This document shows, one piece after another, positions 7,811 through 17,849 of a DNA stretch of 64,000 bases. Each line of letters opens with the position of its first letter. The first letter of the stretch is position 1. The position numbers and the translations under genes were made by a program. Source of the stretch: Clostridia bacterium (GTDB lineage: Bacteria; Bacillota; Clostridia; Oscillospirales; CAG-272); NCBI GenBank assembly GCA_017399145.1, contig JAFQEG010000041.1, positions 3,323 to 67,322 on the forward strand, written 5' to 3'. Under the pieces are notes generated by a model. It was not told where the DNA came from and did no database searches. It saw only the letters and a program-made list of their open reading frames with translations.

Positions 7811-8323
7811 ATGAAAAAGGCAAAAATCGTATCCTTTTGTGGCATAATATCTGCACTTAGCGTTGTGTTTTTAATGCTAGGGTCACTTATTAGCGTAATG
7901 GATATGACAATGGCTGTTGTTGCCTCAATTCTTCTACTAGTAATCTTTGAAGAAATTCGATTTAAATGCTTTTTCGTTTACTTCGTTACCATAGTGGTAG
8001 GTGCATTAATTTGCCCGGACAAGCTAGTGGTTTTCGAATACGCAATTTTTGCACTATATCCAATAGTTAAGCTTTCATTAGAAAAAGCACCGCGAATTGT
8101 TAGCTTGCTTGTAAGAATTTCTTACTCAATTCTTGCAGGAGGTGGGACTGTGCTATTAACTAGCTTCGTATTTTTAAGCGACCCAAACCCAACCTTTGAT
8201 ATAATTTTCCTTGCAGGCTTGCTTTTGATTTTCATTTTACTTGACGTGGCAGTAAAAAGATTTATCAAATTCTATCGCCAAAGACTTCGCAAAAGACTAA
8301 GAATAGACAAGTTTTTTGATTAG
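7811..8323 (+). CDS. Polytopic membrane protein, unknown function
   Basis: 170 aa with about 5 hydrophobic helices. Starts 3 nt after the J-domain gene stop. Confidence 0.6.
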   Translation: MKKAKIVSFCGIISALSVVFLMLGSLISVMDMTMAVVASILLLVIFEEIRFKCFFVYFVTIVVGALICPDKLVVFEYAIFALYPIVKLSLEKAPRIVSLLVRISYSILAGGGTVLLTSFVFLSDPNPTFDIIFLAGLLLIFILLDVAVKRFIKFYRQRLRKRLRIDKFFD

Positions 8324-8334
8324 TTAAAATAACC

Positions 8335-8366
8335 AAAAAAGTGGCACAACTGTGTCACTTTTTTAT
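8335..8366 (+). terminator. Rho-independent terminator
   Basis: AGTGGCACA-ac-TGTGTCACT hairpin followed by T6. Confidence 0.8.
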
Positions 8367-8394
8367 TTATTTATACAATATTATATATAAAAAG

Positions 8395-8424
8395 TTGACA
8401 TTGTAATCGCATATAGGCTACAAT
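8395..8424 (+). promoter_or_regulatory. Sigma-A type promoter of the yloC-to-rsgA block
   Basis: TTGACA (8395-8400), 18-nt spacer, TACAAT (8419-8424). Confidence 0.55.
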
Positions 8425-8457
8425 ATTATTAATAATATAAAAATAAGGATGTGTATT

Positions 8458-9345
8458 ATGTTTAGAAGTATGACAGCCTTTGGCAGAGCACGTGAAACCG
8501 TAAATGCCAAGGATATAGTTGCAGAAATAAAATCTGTCAACAACAGGTACTATGATTGTACTGTAAAAATCACAAGACTCTATAGCTTCCTAGAGGACAA
8601 AATCAAGCAATATCTTCAATCTAAGGGTATTTCTCGTGGTAAGGTTGAGGTTTATATTGGTATTGATTTGCTTGAGCAACAGGGTGTTGAAATTCAACTT
8701 GACACTGCTTACGCAAAATCCTACATAGACGCCCTTTATAAGCTTCGTGATACCTTCGACCTAAAGGACGATATCACCGTTTCAAGAATTGCCTCGAACA
8801 AGGAAATTTTTGTAACCAAAAAGCCTGAGGACGATATGGAAAAGGACTGGGCAGATATCAAGGTCGTTTTAGATAAGGCGCTTGAAAGCTTCCTTGAAAG
8901 AAGAGAGGCAGAGGGCGAAAACCTATATCGCAATATCGCAGAAAAGATTGATAACATAAAGGGCTACCTAAAGATTATCGAAAAGAATTCCGAGTCCGAT
9001 ATTAAGGGCTATGCCTCAAAGCTTGAGGAAAGAATTTTAAAATTCCTAGGGGACAACTCAATACAAATTGACGAGCAAAGAATTTTAACCGAGGTTGCAG
9101 TTTTTGCCGACAAGGTTGCAATTGACGAGGAGCTTGTTAGATTAAGCAGTCACTTTGACGCCTTTGAGGAAATAGTTAAGTCGAACGAGCCTGCAGGAAG
9201 AAAGCTTGACTTTTTGCTTCAGGAAATGAACAGAGAAACTAATACAATCGGGTCAAAGGCTTCAAATGCAGATACAGCACACATTGTAGTAAATATTAAG
9301 AATGAGCTTGAAAAGATAAGAGAGCAAATTCAAAATATAGAATAG
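8458..9345 (+). CDS. yloC: YicC/YloC family protein
   Basis: MFRSMTAFGRA start with an AAGGA RBS 8 nt upstream (alternative ATG at 8449). C-terminal motif FLLQEMNRETNTIGSK. Position matches B. subtilis synteny. Confidence 0.85.
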   Translation: MFRSMTAFGRARETVNAKDIVAEIKSVNNRYYDCTVKITRLYSFLEDKIKQYLQSKGISRGKVEVYIGIDLLEQQGVEIQLDTAYAKSYIDALYKLRDTFDLKDDITVSRIASNKEIFVTKKPEDDMEKDWADIKVVLDKALESFLERREAEGENLYRNIAEKIDNIKGYLKIIEKNSESDIKGYASKLEERILKFLGDNSIQIDEQRILTEVAVFADKVAIDEELVRLSSHFDAFEEIVKSNEPAGRKLDFLLQEMNRETNTIGSKASNADTAHIVVNIKNELEKIREQIQNIE

Positions 9346-9356
9346 CGGGTGTTGAA

Positions 9357-9602
9357 ATGAAATTTGTAGATATTGGCGCTGGAAATATGGTCCTTGACCA
9401 AAGAATAGTCGCCCTAGTTACCCCCGACTCAGCCCCTGCTAAAAGAATTGTGGGCGAGGCAAAGGACAAGGGCAGAATAATTGACTGCACAGGAGGAAGA
9501 AGGACAAAGACGGTAATTATAACTGATTCCGACCACGTTATTTTATCCTACCTGTCAAGTGAAGCACTAGGTGAAAGACTTAATTTGGATAAAAAGGACT
9601 AA
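9357..9602 (+). CDS. remA: RemA/DUF370 family regulator
   Basis: NMVLDQRIVALVTPDSAPAKRIV and IDCTGGRRTKTVIITDSDHVILS are typical of RemA (YlzA). Lies between yloC and gmk. Confidence 0.88.
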   Translation: MKFVDIGAGNMVLDQRIVALVTPDSAPAKRIVGEAKDKGRIIDCTGGRRTKTVIITDSDHVILSYLSSEALGERLNLDKKD

Positions 9603-9614
9603 TGGAGGTATAAA

Positions 9615-10265
9615 ATGGCACAGGAAAAAGGAAGAATATTTATAGTGTCTGGACCTGCTGGTAGTGGTAAGGGCACAGTAGTTAAGCTTCTTGCAGAAAA
9701 TTACGATAGCCTAAACGTTGCAATCTCTGCAACCACAAGAAAGCCTCGACCTGGTGAGGTGGATGGCGTAAGCTATTATTTCATTTCCAAGGAGGAATTT
9801 GATAAAAGAGTTGGAAATGGTGAATTTTTGGAGTACGCATGCTATTCCTCAAACTACTATGGCACTCTCAAAAGCGAGGTTGACAGAATTGTAGATTTAG
9901 GAAGCGACGTTATTCTTGAAATTGAGGTTGTTGGCGCAATGAACGTAGTTAACACCTATCCAAACGCAATTACAATTATGCTAACCCCACCAGATAAGGA
10001 CGTTTTGGAAAAGAGACTTCGTGGAAGAAACACCGAACAGGAGGCAGAAATCCAAAAGAGGCTGGCAAGGGCTAAGGAAGAAATAATGGAGTTGCCAAAA
10101 TATAACTATTCCGTTATCAATTACGACGGCAAAATAGACGAATGTGCAAACGAGGTTTATTCAATCGTTGAAGCGATTCGTAAGGGTACAGATGAGGCAA
10201 GACAAGAAGTTGAACATCTTGAAACCAAAAACACAAAAGCAATTATTGAAAAATTTCGCAATTAA
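9615..10265 (+). CDS. gmk: Guanylate kinase
   Basis: P-loop GPAGSGKGT, motif TTRKPRPGEVDGVSYYF, and synteny. Confidence 0.93.
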   Translation: MAQEKGRIFIVSGPAGSGKGTVVKLLAENYDSLNVAISATTRKPRPGEVDGVSYYFISKEEFDKRVGNGEFLEYACYSSNYYGTLKSEVDRIVDLGSDVILEIEVVGAMNVVNTYPNAITIMLTPPDKDVLEKRLRGRNTEQEAEIQKRLARAKEEIMELPKYNYSVINYDGKIDECANEVYSIVEAIRKGTDEARQEVEHLETKNTKAIIEKFRN

Positions 10266-10296
10266 GCGACAAAATAAAATTTAAGGAGAAAAGATT

Positions 10297-10764
10297 ATGT
10301 TATATCCATCAATTCAAGAGCTACTCGAGGTTACATCAAAGGAAGGACAAGAGAGACTCAACAAGTATTCACTAACAATGGCAACAGCTAAGTGTGCACG
10401 TGTAGTTACAAACTGCTACCATGAGCAACGCTACAATGCAGAGAAGAAAATCAACAACAAGGAAACCGACAAGGACCTAGCATCTATGATTACTAAGGAA
10501 TACAGAGATGAAAAGTCTGTGAAGAATGCGGTAAGAGAAATTAAAGAGGGCAAGTTCGAAATCTATCTTCCAAACGAAGAGGGCTACGAGGATGCGCTAA
10601 TTGAGATCGAAAACTATCAGGAGCCAAAGGCAGAGGCAGAGGACCAAAAGAGCATTTTGCCAACAAAGGACGACTTTGATATTGCTGATATTATGGACGT
10701 TGAAGAGGAATTTGACGGCGACGACGGATTTATTATAGAAGGCGGAGAGGGCGAAGAGGAATAA
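10297..10764 (+). CDS. rpoZ: RNA polymerase omega subunit with a long acidic C-terminal extension
   Basis: MLYPSIQELL and NKYSLTMATAKCARVV resemble the omega N-terminus. Sits after gmk as in B. subtilis. At 155 aa it is far longer than the usual ~70 aa. Confidence 0.7.
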   Translation: MLYPSIQELLEVTSKEGQERLNKYSLTMATAKCARVVTNCYHEQRYNAEKKINNKETDKDLASMITKEYRDEKSVKNAVREIKEGKFEIYLPNEEGYEDALIEIENYQEPKAEAEDQKSILPTKDDFDIADIMDVEEEFDGDDGFIIEGGEGEEE

Positions 10765-10792
10765 GCCCACAAAAAAAGGAAGGGAGAATGGT

Positions 10793-13282
10793 ATGTGCAC
10801 TGAGTATATAAGGGTTCATATTCTCGACGTGCCATATCAGGCAGATTGGGAATACACCTATTTTGTGCCTCAGGAATTGAGAGGGGAAATAGAAAAGGGT
10901 ACCGCAATTGTAGTCCCCTTCGGTAAGGCTGACAGACACTCAACTGCTATTGTAATAGCTACCGAGTCCGAGGTGCCAAAGGGCAAGGTAAAATCAATTA
11001 TTTCCGTGCTTAGTGGCTATTTCAAGCTAAGCGAGGATATGCTTGAATTATGTAGCTTTATGAAGCTTTATACCCTTTGTACCTTTGGTGAGGCTGTAAA
11101 ATGCATTATTCCATCAGCCATAGTTACAAAGACAAGGGAAGCCTTTAGAGTAAACGAGGAAAAGACCCCATCTAAGGATTTGACCCCTCTTTACGAGCTT
11201 ATAAAGCAAAATCCAAATATCACCCTTGATAAGCTTAAGGGAATGTATGAGGACGTATCCCCCTTACTTGCAAGACTTGTAAGAGGTGGCTTTATTGTAA
11301 AGGAAACTCTAGTTGAGGAAAAGGACAAAAGCAAGTACGAAACACTAGTGTCCCTGTCAATAGACAGAGAGATAGTAGCTAAGGAAATCAATGGGGAGAA
11401 AAGCTTTAAAAGTAAGAAGCACCCAGAGATTTTAGCCTTGCTTTGCGAAAAGGGTACTCTTTCCGACAAGGAAATTTACGACGAGCTTGACGCAAGCAAA
11501 TCCCACCTTGATGCACTTGAGAAAAAGGGCTACATAAAAAGAGAAAAAATTGAGCTTTCCCGTGACCCTTATGCCGAATGCAAGAGGCAGAAAAACCAAG
11601 AACCTGTTACTCTTAGCCCATTACAAAAGGACGCATTTAACACTCTTAAGGACCTATATTATACAAGAGAGCCTAAGGGTGCCTTGCTTTACGGTGTAAC
11701 AGGTAGTGGTAAAACTAGTGTAATCAAAAAAATGATAGACGAGGTAATAAAGGACGGCAGAGGAGTAATTATTCTTGTGCCCGAAATTTCCTTAACACCT
11801 CAAACAGTATCAACCTTCTGCGGATACTATGGTGATAGAGTGGCAGTTATCCACTCCTCACTTTCCAAGGGTGAAAGGTTTGATACCTACAAAAAAATAT
11901 TTGATGGCGAGGCAGATATAGTAATCGGCACTCGCTCAGCAATTTTTGCACCTGTTAAAAATCTTGGCTTAATAGTCATTGACGAGGAGCAGGAGCATAC
12001 CTACAAATCAGACACAAATCCTAAATATCTTGCTCACGATATAGCAAGATTTAGAGTAGCAAAAGCAAAGGCGCTTATGCTTTTAGCCTCTGCAACACCT
12101 TCTCTCAATTCCTATTATAAGGCTATGGAGGGAAAGTACGCACTTGTAAAAATGATGGCAAGATATGGAGAGGCAACTCTTCCCGACGTTATAATTACAG
12201 ATATGCGTCGTGAAAAGGCAAGAGGTAATATGACCCCCTTTGGTGGCAAGCTAGCTGACCTACTTGACAAAGCCCTAAAGGACGACAAGCAGGGCATCTT
12301 GTTTTTAAATAGACGAGGCTACCATTCCTCTGTTAGCTGTGGGGAATGTGGCAAGGTAATTGAGTGCCCTAATTGCTCAGTTGCTATGACCTACCACTCA
12401 TACAGAAAAATCGATGAGACCATAGACCACGAAAACGCAAGCGAGGTAATGAGCAAAAGTGGTATTCTAAAATGCCATTACTGTGGATATAGGTCCAAGC
12501 TTCCTAGCAAGTGCAAGGAATGTGGCTTTGAGGAATTTGACTACGTTGGCATCGGTACTCAAAAGGCAGAATCAGAGCTTTCAAGAGTATTTGAGGGTGT
12601 CAAAACCCTTAGATTAGATGCGGACACCACAGGCAGAAAATCCTCATATGAAAGAATCTTAGGAGACTTTAAAAACAAAAAGGCAGATATTCTAATTGGT
12701 ACCCAAATGGTAACAAAGGGACACAATTTCCCTAAGGTAACCGTCGTTGGAGTGCTAATGGCAGATACTATGCTTTATACAAGTGACTATCGTGCAAGCG
12801 AGCGCACCTTTTCTATGCTTACTCAGGTAATAGGTAGGGCAGGACGTGCAAAGGACCACGGCGTTGCAGTAATTCAAACTAATTCGCCTAATGACCAAGC
12901 AATTGTATTGTCGGCAAGGCAGGATTACGATTCCTTTTATGCGAATGAAATCCAAATAAGAAAGGCATACGAATTTCCACCATTTTGCGACATTGCTATG
13001 CTTACAATGTCCTCAACCGACGAGGAAGCATTAGACCAAATGGGCAAGGCGCTTATAAAAACACTTGAGGGCGAAATGCTTACCTTAAACACAAGGGCAA
13101 TAGCGTACGGACCCTTTGAGGCACCTGTATATAAGGCACAGGGCAGATATAGAAAAAGAATAATTATAAAATGCGTGCTTAACAATAAGCTAAGGGGAAT
13201 CTTTTCTAAGGTTTACATAGACTATATGAAAAAATACGACAAGGTTACCCTGTCAATAGATTTTAATCCTTCAAGCATTTAA
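10793..13282 (+). CDS. priA: Primosomal protein N' (replication restart helicase)
   Basis: Walker A GVTGSGKT, VIDEEQEHTYK, and Cys clusters CGECGKVIECPNCSV, CHYCGY and CKECG. Confidence 0.93.
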   Translation: MCTEYIRVHILDVPYQADWEYTYFVPQELRGEIEKGTAIVVPFGKADRHSTAIVIATESEVPKGKVKSIISVLSGYFKLSEDMLELCSFMKLYTLCTFGEAVKCIIPSAIVTKTREAFRVNEEKTPSKDLTPLYELIKQNPNITLDKLKGMYEDVSPLLARLVRGGFIVKETLVEEKDKSKYETLVSLSIDREIVAKEINGEKSFKSKKHPEILALLCEKGTLSDKEIYDELDASKSHLDALEKKGYIKREKIELSRDPYAECKRQKNQEPVTLSPLQKDAFNTLKDLYYTREPKGALLYGVTGSGKTSVIKKMIDEVIKDGRGVIILVPEISLTPQTVSTFCGYYGDRVAVIHSSLSKGERFDTYKKIFDGEADIVIGTRSAIFAPVKNLGLIVIDEEQEHTYKSDTNPKYLAHDIARFRVAKAKALMLLASATPSLNSYYKAMEGKYALVKMMARYGEATLPDVIITDMRREKARGNMTPFGGKLADLLDKALKDDKQGILFLNRRGYHSSVSCGECGKVIECPNCSVAMTYHSYRKIDETIDHENASEVMSKSGILKCHYCGYRSKLPSKCKECGFEEFDYVGIGTQKAESELSRVFEGVKTLRLDADTTGRKSSYERILGDFKNKKADILIGTQMVTKGHNFPKVTVVGVLMADTMLYTSDYRASERTFSMLTQVIGRAGRAKDHGVAVIQTNSPNDQAIVLSARQDYDSFYANEIQIRKAYEFPPFCDIAMLTMSSTDEEALDQMGKALIKTLEGEMLTLNTRAIAYGPFEAPVYKAQGRYRKRIIIKCVLNNKLRGIFSKVYIDYMKKYDKVTLSIDFNPSSI

Positions 13283-13299
13283 TAAAGAAAGGAATAACA

Positions 13300-13746
13300 A
13301 TGGCAAAGCTAAAGATTTTAAATAGACAAACCGACGAGGAAACTCTAAGAAAGGTAAGCCGTGAGGTTACTGAAATCACACCAAGAATACACACCTTACT
13401 TGACGATATGATAGAAACTATGAGAGGGGCTGACGGTTGTGGACTTGCAGCCGTACAGGTTGGAGTTTTACGTCGTGTGGTTGTTATTGAAACACCAGAG
13501 GGATTATTTGAGTTTATCAATCCAAAAATTATCAAAAAGTCAGGCGTACAGGTAGGCCATGAGGGCTGTCTATCTCTACCAGGCGAGAGTGCAGTTGTAA
13601 AGCGTCCAGCTTGCGTTACTGTAAGGGCACTTAACAGAGATGGCGAGGAAATAGAGGTAACAGGCTTTGACCTTTTAGCAAGGGCAATGTGCCACGAGCT
13701 AGACCACCTAGACGGGATACTCTATATCGACAAGGCAGAAAAATAA
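13300..13746 (+). CDS. def: Peptide deformylase
   Basis: Motifs GCGLAAVQVG, EGCLSLPG and HELDHLDG. Confidence 0.95.
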   Translation: MAKLKILNRQTDEETLRKVSREVTEITPRIHTLLDDMIETMRGADGCGLAAVQVGVLRRVVVIETPEGLFEFINPKIIKKSGVQVGHEGCLSLPGESAVVKRPACVTVRALNRDGEEIEVTGFDLLARAMCHELDHLDGILYIDKAEK

Positions 13747-13758
13747 ACGGAGATAATA

Positions 13759-14685
13759 ATGAAAATACTTTTTATGGGCACCCCTGACTTTGCAAGGGAT
13801 TGCCTTAAGGAAATATATGAAAGTGGCGAGGAAATTATAGGAGTTGTAACCACAGAGGACAAGCCACGTGGTAGAGGAATGGTTTTGACCCCTACACCTG
13901 TAAAGCAATATGCAATCGAGGTAGGACTTGAGGTTTATCAACCACAAACCCTTAAAAACGAAGATTTTCTTGATACCTTAAATCAGCTAAAGCCTGACCT
14001 TATCATAGTAGTAGCATATGGTAAGCTTTTACCACCATACGTCCTTGACTTCCCTCGGTATGGCTGTATAAATGCCCACGCATCTATACTTCCTAAATAC
14101 AGAGGCGCTGCCCCTATTCAAAGGGCAATAATGGACGGTGAGAGAGAAACCGGTGTTAGCATTATGAAAATGGACGTTGGCTTAGACACAGGTGACGTTA
14201 TTCTTGTTGAAAGGGTTGACATTTTAGAAAACGACAACCTAGAAAACGTTTACGATAAGCTAACAATAGCAGGATGTAAGGGACTTTTAAAGGCAATTCA
14301 GCTTTTCAAGGACAACAAGGCAACCTACACAAAGCAGGGGGATAATTTTACCTATGCAGAAAAAATCACTAAGACAGATTGCTTAATTGATTTTAACAAG
14401 GACGCACAAGAGGTGCACAACCAAATAAGAGGACTTAGTCCAATGCCACTTACCTTTACAAAAACACCAGATGGTAAGCTTTTGAAGGTAAGTCGTAGTC
14501 ATATAGCAGATAAGGACGTAAATGGTGAGGTAGGACAGGTTACCTATCTTGACAAGTCCATTTATGTAAAATGCAAAAACGGCACAATTGCACTTGACGA
14601 GGTAATTCCCGAGGGCAAGGGCAAAATGAGTGCAGATGCCTTTATTAACGGAAGAAAAATAAAGGTTGGAGATATTTTAGGATAA
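13759..14685 (+). CDS. fmt: Methionyl-tRNA formyltransferase
   Basis: MKILFMGTPDFA and HASILPKYRGAAPIQRAI; follows def. Confidence 0.95.
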   Translation: MKILFMGTPDFARDCLKEIYESGEEIIGVVTTEDKPRGRGMVLTPTPVKQYAIEVGLEVYQPQTLKNEDFLDTLNQLKPDLIIVVAYGKLLPPYVLDFPRYGCINAHASILPKYRGAAPIQRAIMDGERETGVSIMKMDVGLDTGDVILVERVDILENDNLENVYDKLTIAGCKGLLKAIQLFKDNKATYTKQGDNFTYAEKITKTDCLIDFNKDAQEVHNQIRGLSPMPLTFTKTPDGKLLKVSRSHIADKDVNGEVGQVTYLDKSIYVKCKNGTIALDEVIPEGKGKMSADAFINGRKIKVGDILG

Positions 14686-14700
14686 CTTAAAAAGGAGGGG

Positions 14701-16008
14701 ATGCGTGTGAGTAATCCAAGAGAGTTGGCATTAAAATCACTTGTAAAATGGAGCGAAAGCAATAGCTTTTCAAACCTTGAAGCAAATACTGTGCTAACAA
14801 GAAATAGCCTATCCGAGGCAGACGCATCTCTTTATTCAATGCTTTTTAAGGGAGTAATTGAAAAATCCATATATCTTGATTATGTTATTAAGCAATACTC
14901 AAAAATCCCAAATTCTAAAATAGACATAGAAACAAAAAACATACTTCGTATGTCAATATATCAGCTATTATTCTGTGATAGAATTCCAGAATATTCCGCC
15001 GTAAACGAGGGTGTAAATTTAGCTAAGAAAAGGTCAAAGGGCTTTGTAAATGGTCTTTTGCGTAGCTTTTTACGTGGGGGCAAGAGTGTTAAGCTACCTA
15101 AAAACAAGGACGAATCATTTTGCACGGAAAACTCAATTCCAAAGGATTTGTTTGACCTTTTTGAAGAGTCCTTCGGCAAGGAAACAGCTAGGGAAATTCT
15201 AAGCTATAAGGGCGAGGAAAAATACCTATGCTTAAGAGTAAACACACTTAAGACAACCGAGGAAAAGGTTTTAGAATATCTAAAAGCAAAGGGGTACGTG
15301 GCTGAAAAATCAAGTCTTGCTAAGGACATGCTACTATGTAGCTGTCCTATTTCACAAATAAAGGAATTGATTGATAAGGGCGAAATATTTATTCAAGACG
15401 AATCCTCACGTATTGCCTCACAGGTGGTTGATGCAAGGGCAGGACAATCAATAATCGACCTTTGCGCATGTCCTGGTGGAAAAAGCTTTTCTATGGCAAT
15501 TGATATGGAAAACAAGGGCACGCTTTATTCCTACGACATTCACGAAAACAAGCTTTCTCTAATCGAAAAGGGTGCATCTCGCTTAGGCATTGATATTATT
15601 AAGGTGGCTAAGGGTGATGCAAGAAATACAATAGAGGACCACGTAGAAAAATTCGACAAGGTGCTTTGTGATGTGCCTTGCTCCGGACTCGGCATAATCT
15701 TTAAAAAGCCAGATATTAAGTACAAGTCAATTGAGGACATTAACAAATTACCTCAAATTCAACTAGACATTTTAAATAACGCATCAAAATACGTAAGAGT
15801 AGGGGGCTATCTTATTTATTCAACCTGTACTCTTAACAAAAAGGAAAATCAAGATAATATAGAAAAATTCTTGCTTGAAAACAAGGACTTTGTAGCCGAG
15901 GATTTTCAAGTGGGTAATATAAATTCACAGGGGGGAGTGTACACATTTTTGCCACATAAGGACAATACAGACGGCTTCTTCGTAGCAAAAATGCGTCGTG
16001 TAAGATAA
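14701..16008 (+). CDS. rsmB: 16S rRNA (cytosine967-C5)-methyltransferase
   Basis: NusB-like N-terminus, DLCACPGGKS, DVPCSGLG, YSTCT, and synteny. Confidence 0.9.
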   Translation: MRVSNPRELALKSLVKWSESNSFSNLEANTVLTRNSLSEADASLYSMLFKGVIEKSIYLDYVIKQYSKIPNSKIDIETKNILRMSIYQLLFCDRIPEYSAVNEGVNLAKKRSKGFVNGLLRSFLRGGKSVKLPKNKDESFCTENSIPKDLFDLFEESFGKETAREILSYKGEEKYLCLRVNTLKTTEEKVLEYLKAKGYVAEKSSLAKDMLLCSCPISQIKELIDKGEIFIQDESSRIASQVVDARAGQSIIDLCACPGGKSFSMAIDMENKGTLYSYDIHENKLSLIEKGASRLGIDIIKVAKGDARNTIEDHVEKFDKVLCDVPCSGLGIIFKKPDIKYKSIEDINKLPQIQLDILNNASKYVRVGGYLIYSTCTLNKKENQDNIEKFLLENKDFVAEDFQVGNINSQGGVYTFLPHKDNTDGFFVAKMRRVR

Positions 16009-16009
16009 T

Positions 16010-17059
16010 ATGACACAAAGCCCTAAGATAGATATTTTATCACTTTTTCTAAACGAGCTTGAGGAAAAGCTTTTGGAAATGGGTGAGGCTAAATATCGTG
16101 CAAAGCAAATATATTCCTGGATAGTCAAGGGCGCTTGGGGAGAGGAAATGAAAAATATTCCACTCGCTCTAAGAGAAAAGCTTGACCAAGTGTTTGAATT
16201 TAGACTACCCAAGGTAAAAACAAAGCTAGTTTCAAAAATAGATGGTACTGTTAAGTATTTGTTTGAGTTAATAGACGGAGAGTGCATTGAGTCCGTATTT
16301 ATGAAATACGAGCACGGTAACACTCTTTGTATTTCCTCACAGGTCGGTTGTCGTATGGGATGCAAATTCTGCGCCTCGACTCTAGCAGGCAGAGTAAGAG
16401 ACCTTTCACCATCTGAAATGCTAGGACAAATAATTTCTGCCCAAAGGGACACGGGCGAAAGAGTTTCTAACGTAGTAATGATGGGTATCGGCGAGCCACT
16501 TGATAATTACGACAACGTAATTAGATTTTTAAGACTTGTAAGCGACGAGAATAATCTTAACATAGGCTTAAGGCATATTTCACTTTCGACCTGTGGCTTA
16601 GTTGACAAAATCGAAAGACTAGCCACCGAGGGATTGCCCGTTACTCTTTCTATCTCGCTTCACGCATACGATAATGCAACAAGGTCCGAGATAATGCCAA
16701 TCAATAATAAATATTCAATTGAAAAATTGCTTGAGGCGTGTCAAAAATATTTTGACAAAACAGGCAGAAGAATTTCCTTTGAATATACCCTTATAAGTGG
16801 AAAAAACGACACACCAGAGGGTGCAATAGCACTAGCTAGCCTACTTAAGAGGTATATGAAATCTGCCTCACACGTAAACCTTATTCCACTAAACGAGGTT
16901 AAGGAAACAAAGCTTTCAACATCAAAAAACGTAAACATTTTTAAGAATAAATTACTGTCACTAGGCATCAATGCAACTGTTAGACGTAGACTAGGGTCTG
17001 ACATTAATGCCTCGTGTGGTCAGCTAAGACGACAAGCAAAGGAGGGTAACAATCAATGA
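16010..17059 (+). CDS. rlmN: 23S rRNA/tRNA (adenine-C2)-methyltransferase, radical SAM
   Basis: Contains CRMGCKFCAS (CxxxCxxC), GMGEPLDN-like MGIGEPLDN, and C-terminal CGQL. Confidence 0.93.
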   Translation: MTQSPKIDILSLFLNELEEKLLEMGEAKYRAKQIYSWIVKGAWGEEMKNIPLALREKLDQVFEFRLPKVKTKLVSKIDGTVKYLFELIDGECIESVFMKYEHGNTLCISSQVGCRMGCKFCASTLAGRVRDLSPSEMLGQIISAQRDTGERVSNVVMMGIGEPLDNYDNVIRFLRLVSDENNLNIGLRHISLSTCGLVDKIERLATEGLPVTLSISLHAYDNATRSEIMPINNKYSIEKLLEACQKYFDKTGRRISFEYTLISGKNDTPEGAIALASLLKRYMKSASHVNLIPLNEVKETKLSTSKNVNIFKNKLLSLGINATVRRRLGSDINASCGQLRRQAKEGNNQ

Positions 17060-17832
17060 TTTGCTCAGCAGACTCTAACAAAGGGCAAAAAAGAAGCACC
17101 AACCAGGATAGCTACGTGGTGCGTAAATATACAGAAAGAACCTATCTTGCCATAGTATGCGACGGTATGGGAGGAGTCAAGGGTGGCGAGGAAGCATCAC
17201 AAATTGCTTGCGAGGCTTTTCTCCAAACAATTGATAAATGGATAACCCCTTACATAAAGGACAGGACCAAGAAAATAAGCACAACTGAGGTTAAAAGGGC
17301 ACTAGCTAAGGGTGCAGACCTAGCAAATGAGCAGGTTTACCTAAGGGCAAAGCAGGACCCAAGCCTAAAGGGAATGGGCACTACCCTTGTTGCCGTGCTT
17401 ATTCTTGAGCAAACTGCATTCGTAATCAACATAGGCGATAGCCGTTTGTATTACCTAAAGGGTAAGACAATTAAACAAGTGACCAAGGACCACTCTTATG
17501 TACAATATTTAATTGACATAGGTCACATAGTTGAGGAAAGCGCAGCCTCTAATTCAAACAAGAATATAATTACAAGGGCAGTTGGCACAGAGGTGTCCTG
17601 TGACCCCGACATTTATATGCAAAAGCTAGATGCAGGTGGTTTTCTTTTACTGTGCACCGATGGCTTAACTAATATGGTTGACAATGCAACTATATGCGAC
17701 ATTGTATCAAATGATAAGAATTCAAAAAGCCTTGACCAGGTTGAAATAGACCTAAAGGTTAGACGACTTATTGATACGGCAAACGAAAACGGTGGACTTG
17801 ATAACATAACCGCCGTGCTAATTAGAATTTAA
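17056..17832 (+). CDS. prpC: PP2C-family Ser/Thr protein phosphatase (PrpC/Stp)
   Basis: VCDGMGG, GDSRLYY, TDGLTN and DNITAV. Overlaps rlmN by 4 nt. Confidence 0.9.
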   Translation: MICSADSNKGQKRSTNQDSYVVRKYTERTYLAIVCDGMGGVKGGEEASQIACEAFLQTIDKWITPYIKDRTKKISTTEVKRALAKGADLANEQVYLRAKQDPSLKGMGTTLVAVLILEQTAFVINIGDSRLYYLKGKTIKQVTKDHSYVQYLIDIGHIVEESAASNSNKNIITRAVGTEVSCDPDIYMQKLDAGGFLLLCTDGLTNMVDNATICDIVSNDKNSKSLDQVEIDLKVRRLIDTANENGGLDNITAVLIRI

Positions 17833-17849
17833 GAAGGAGGACGAAGGCC

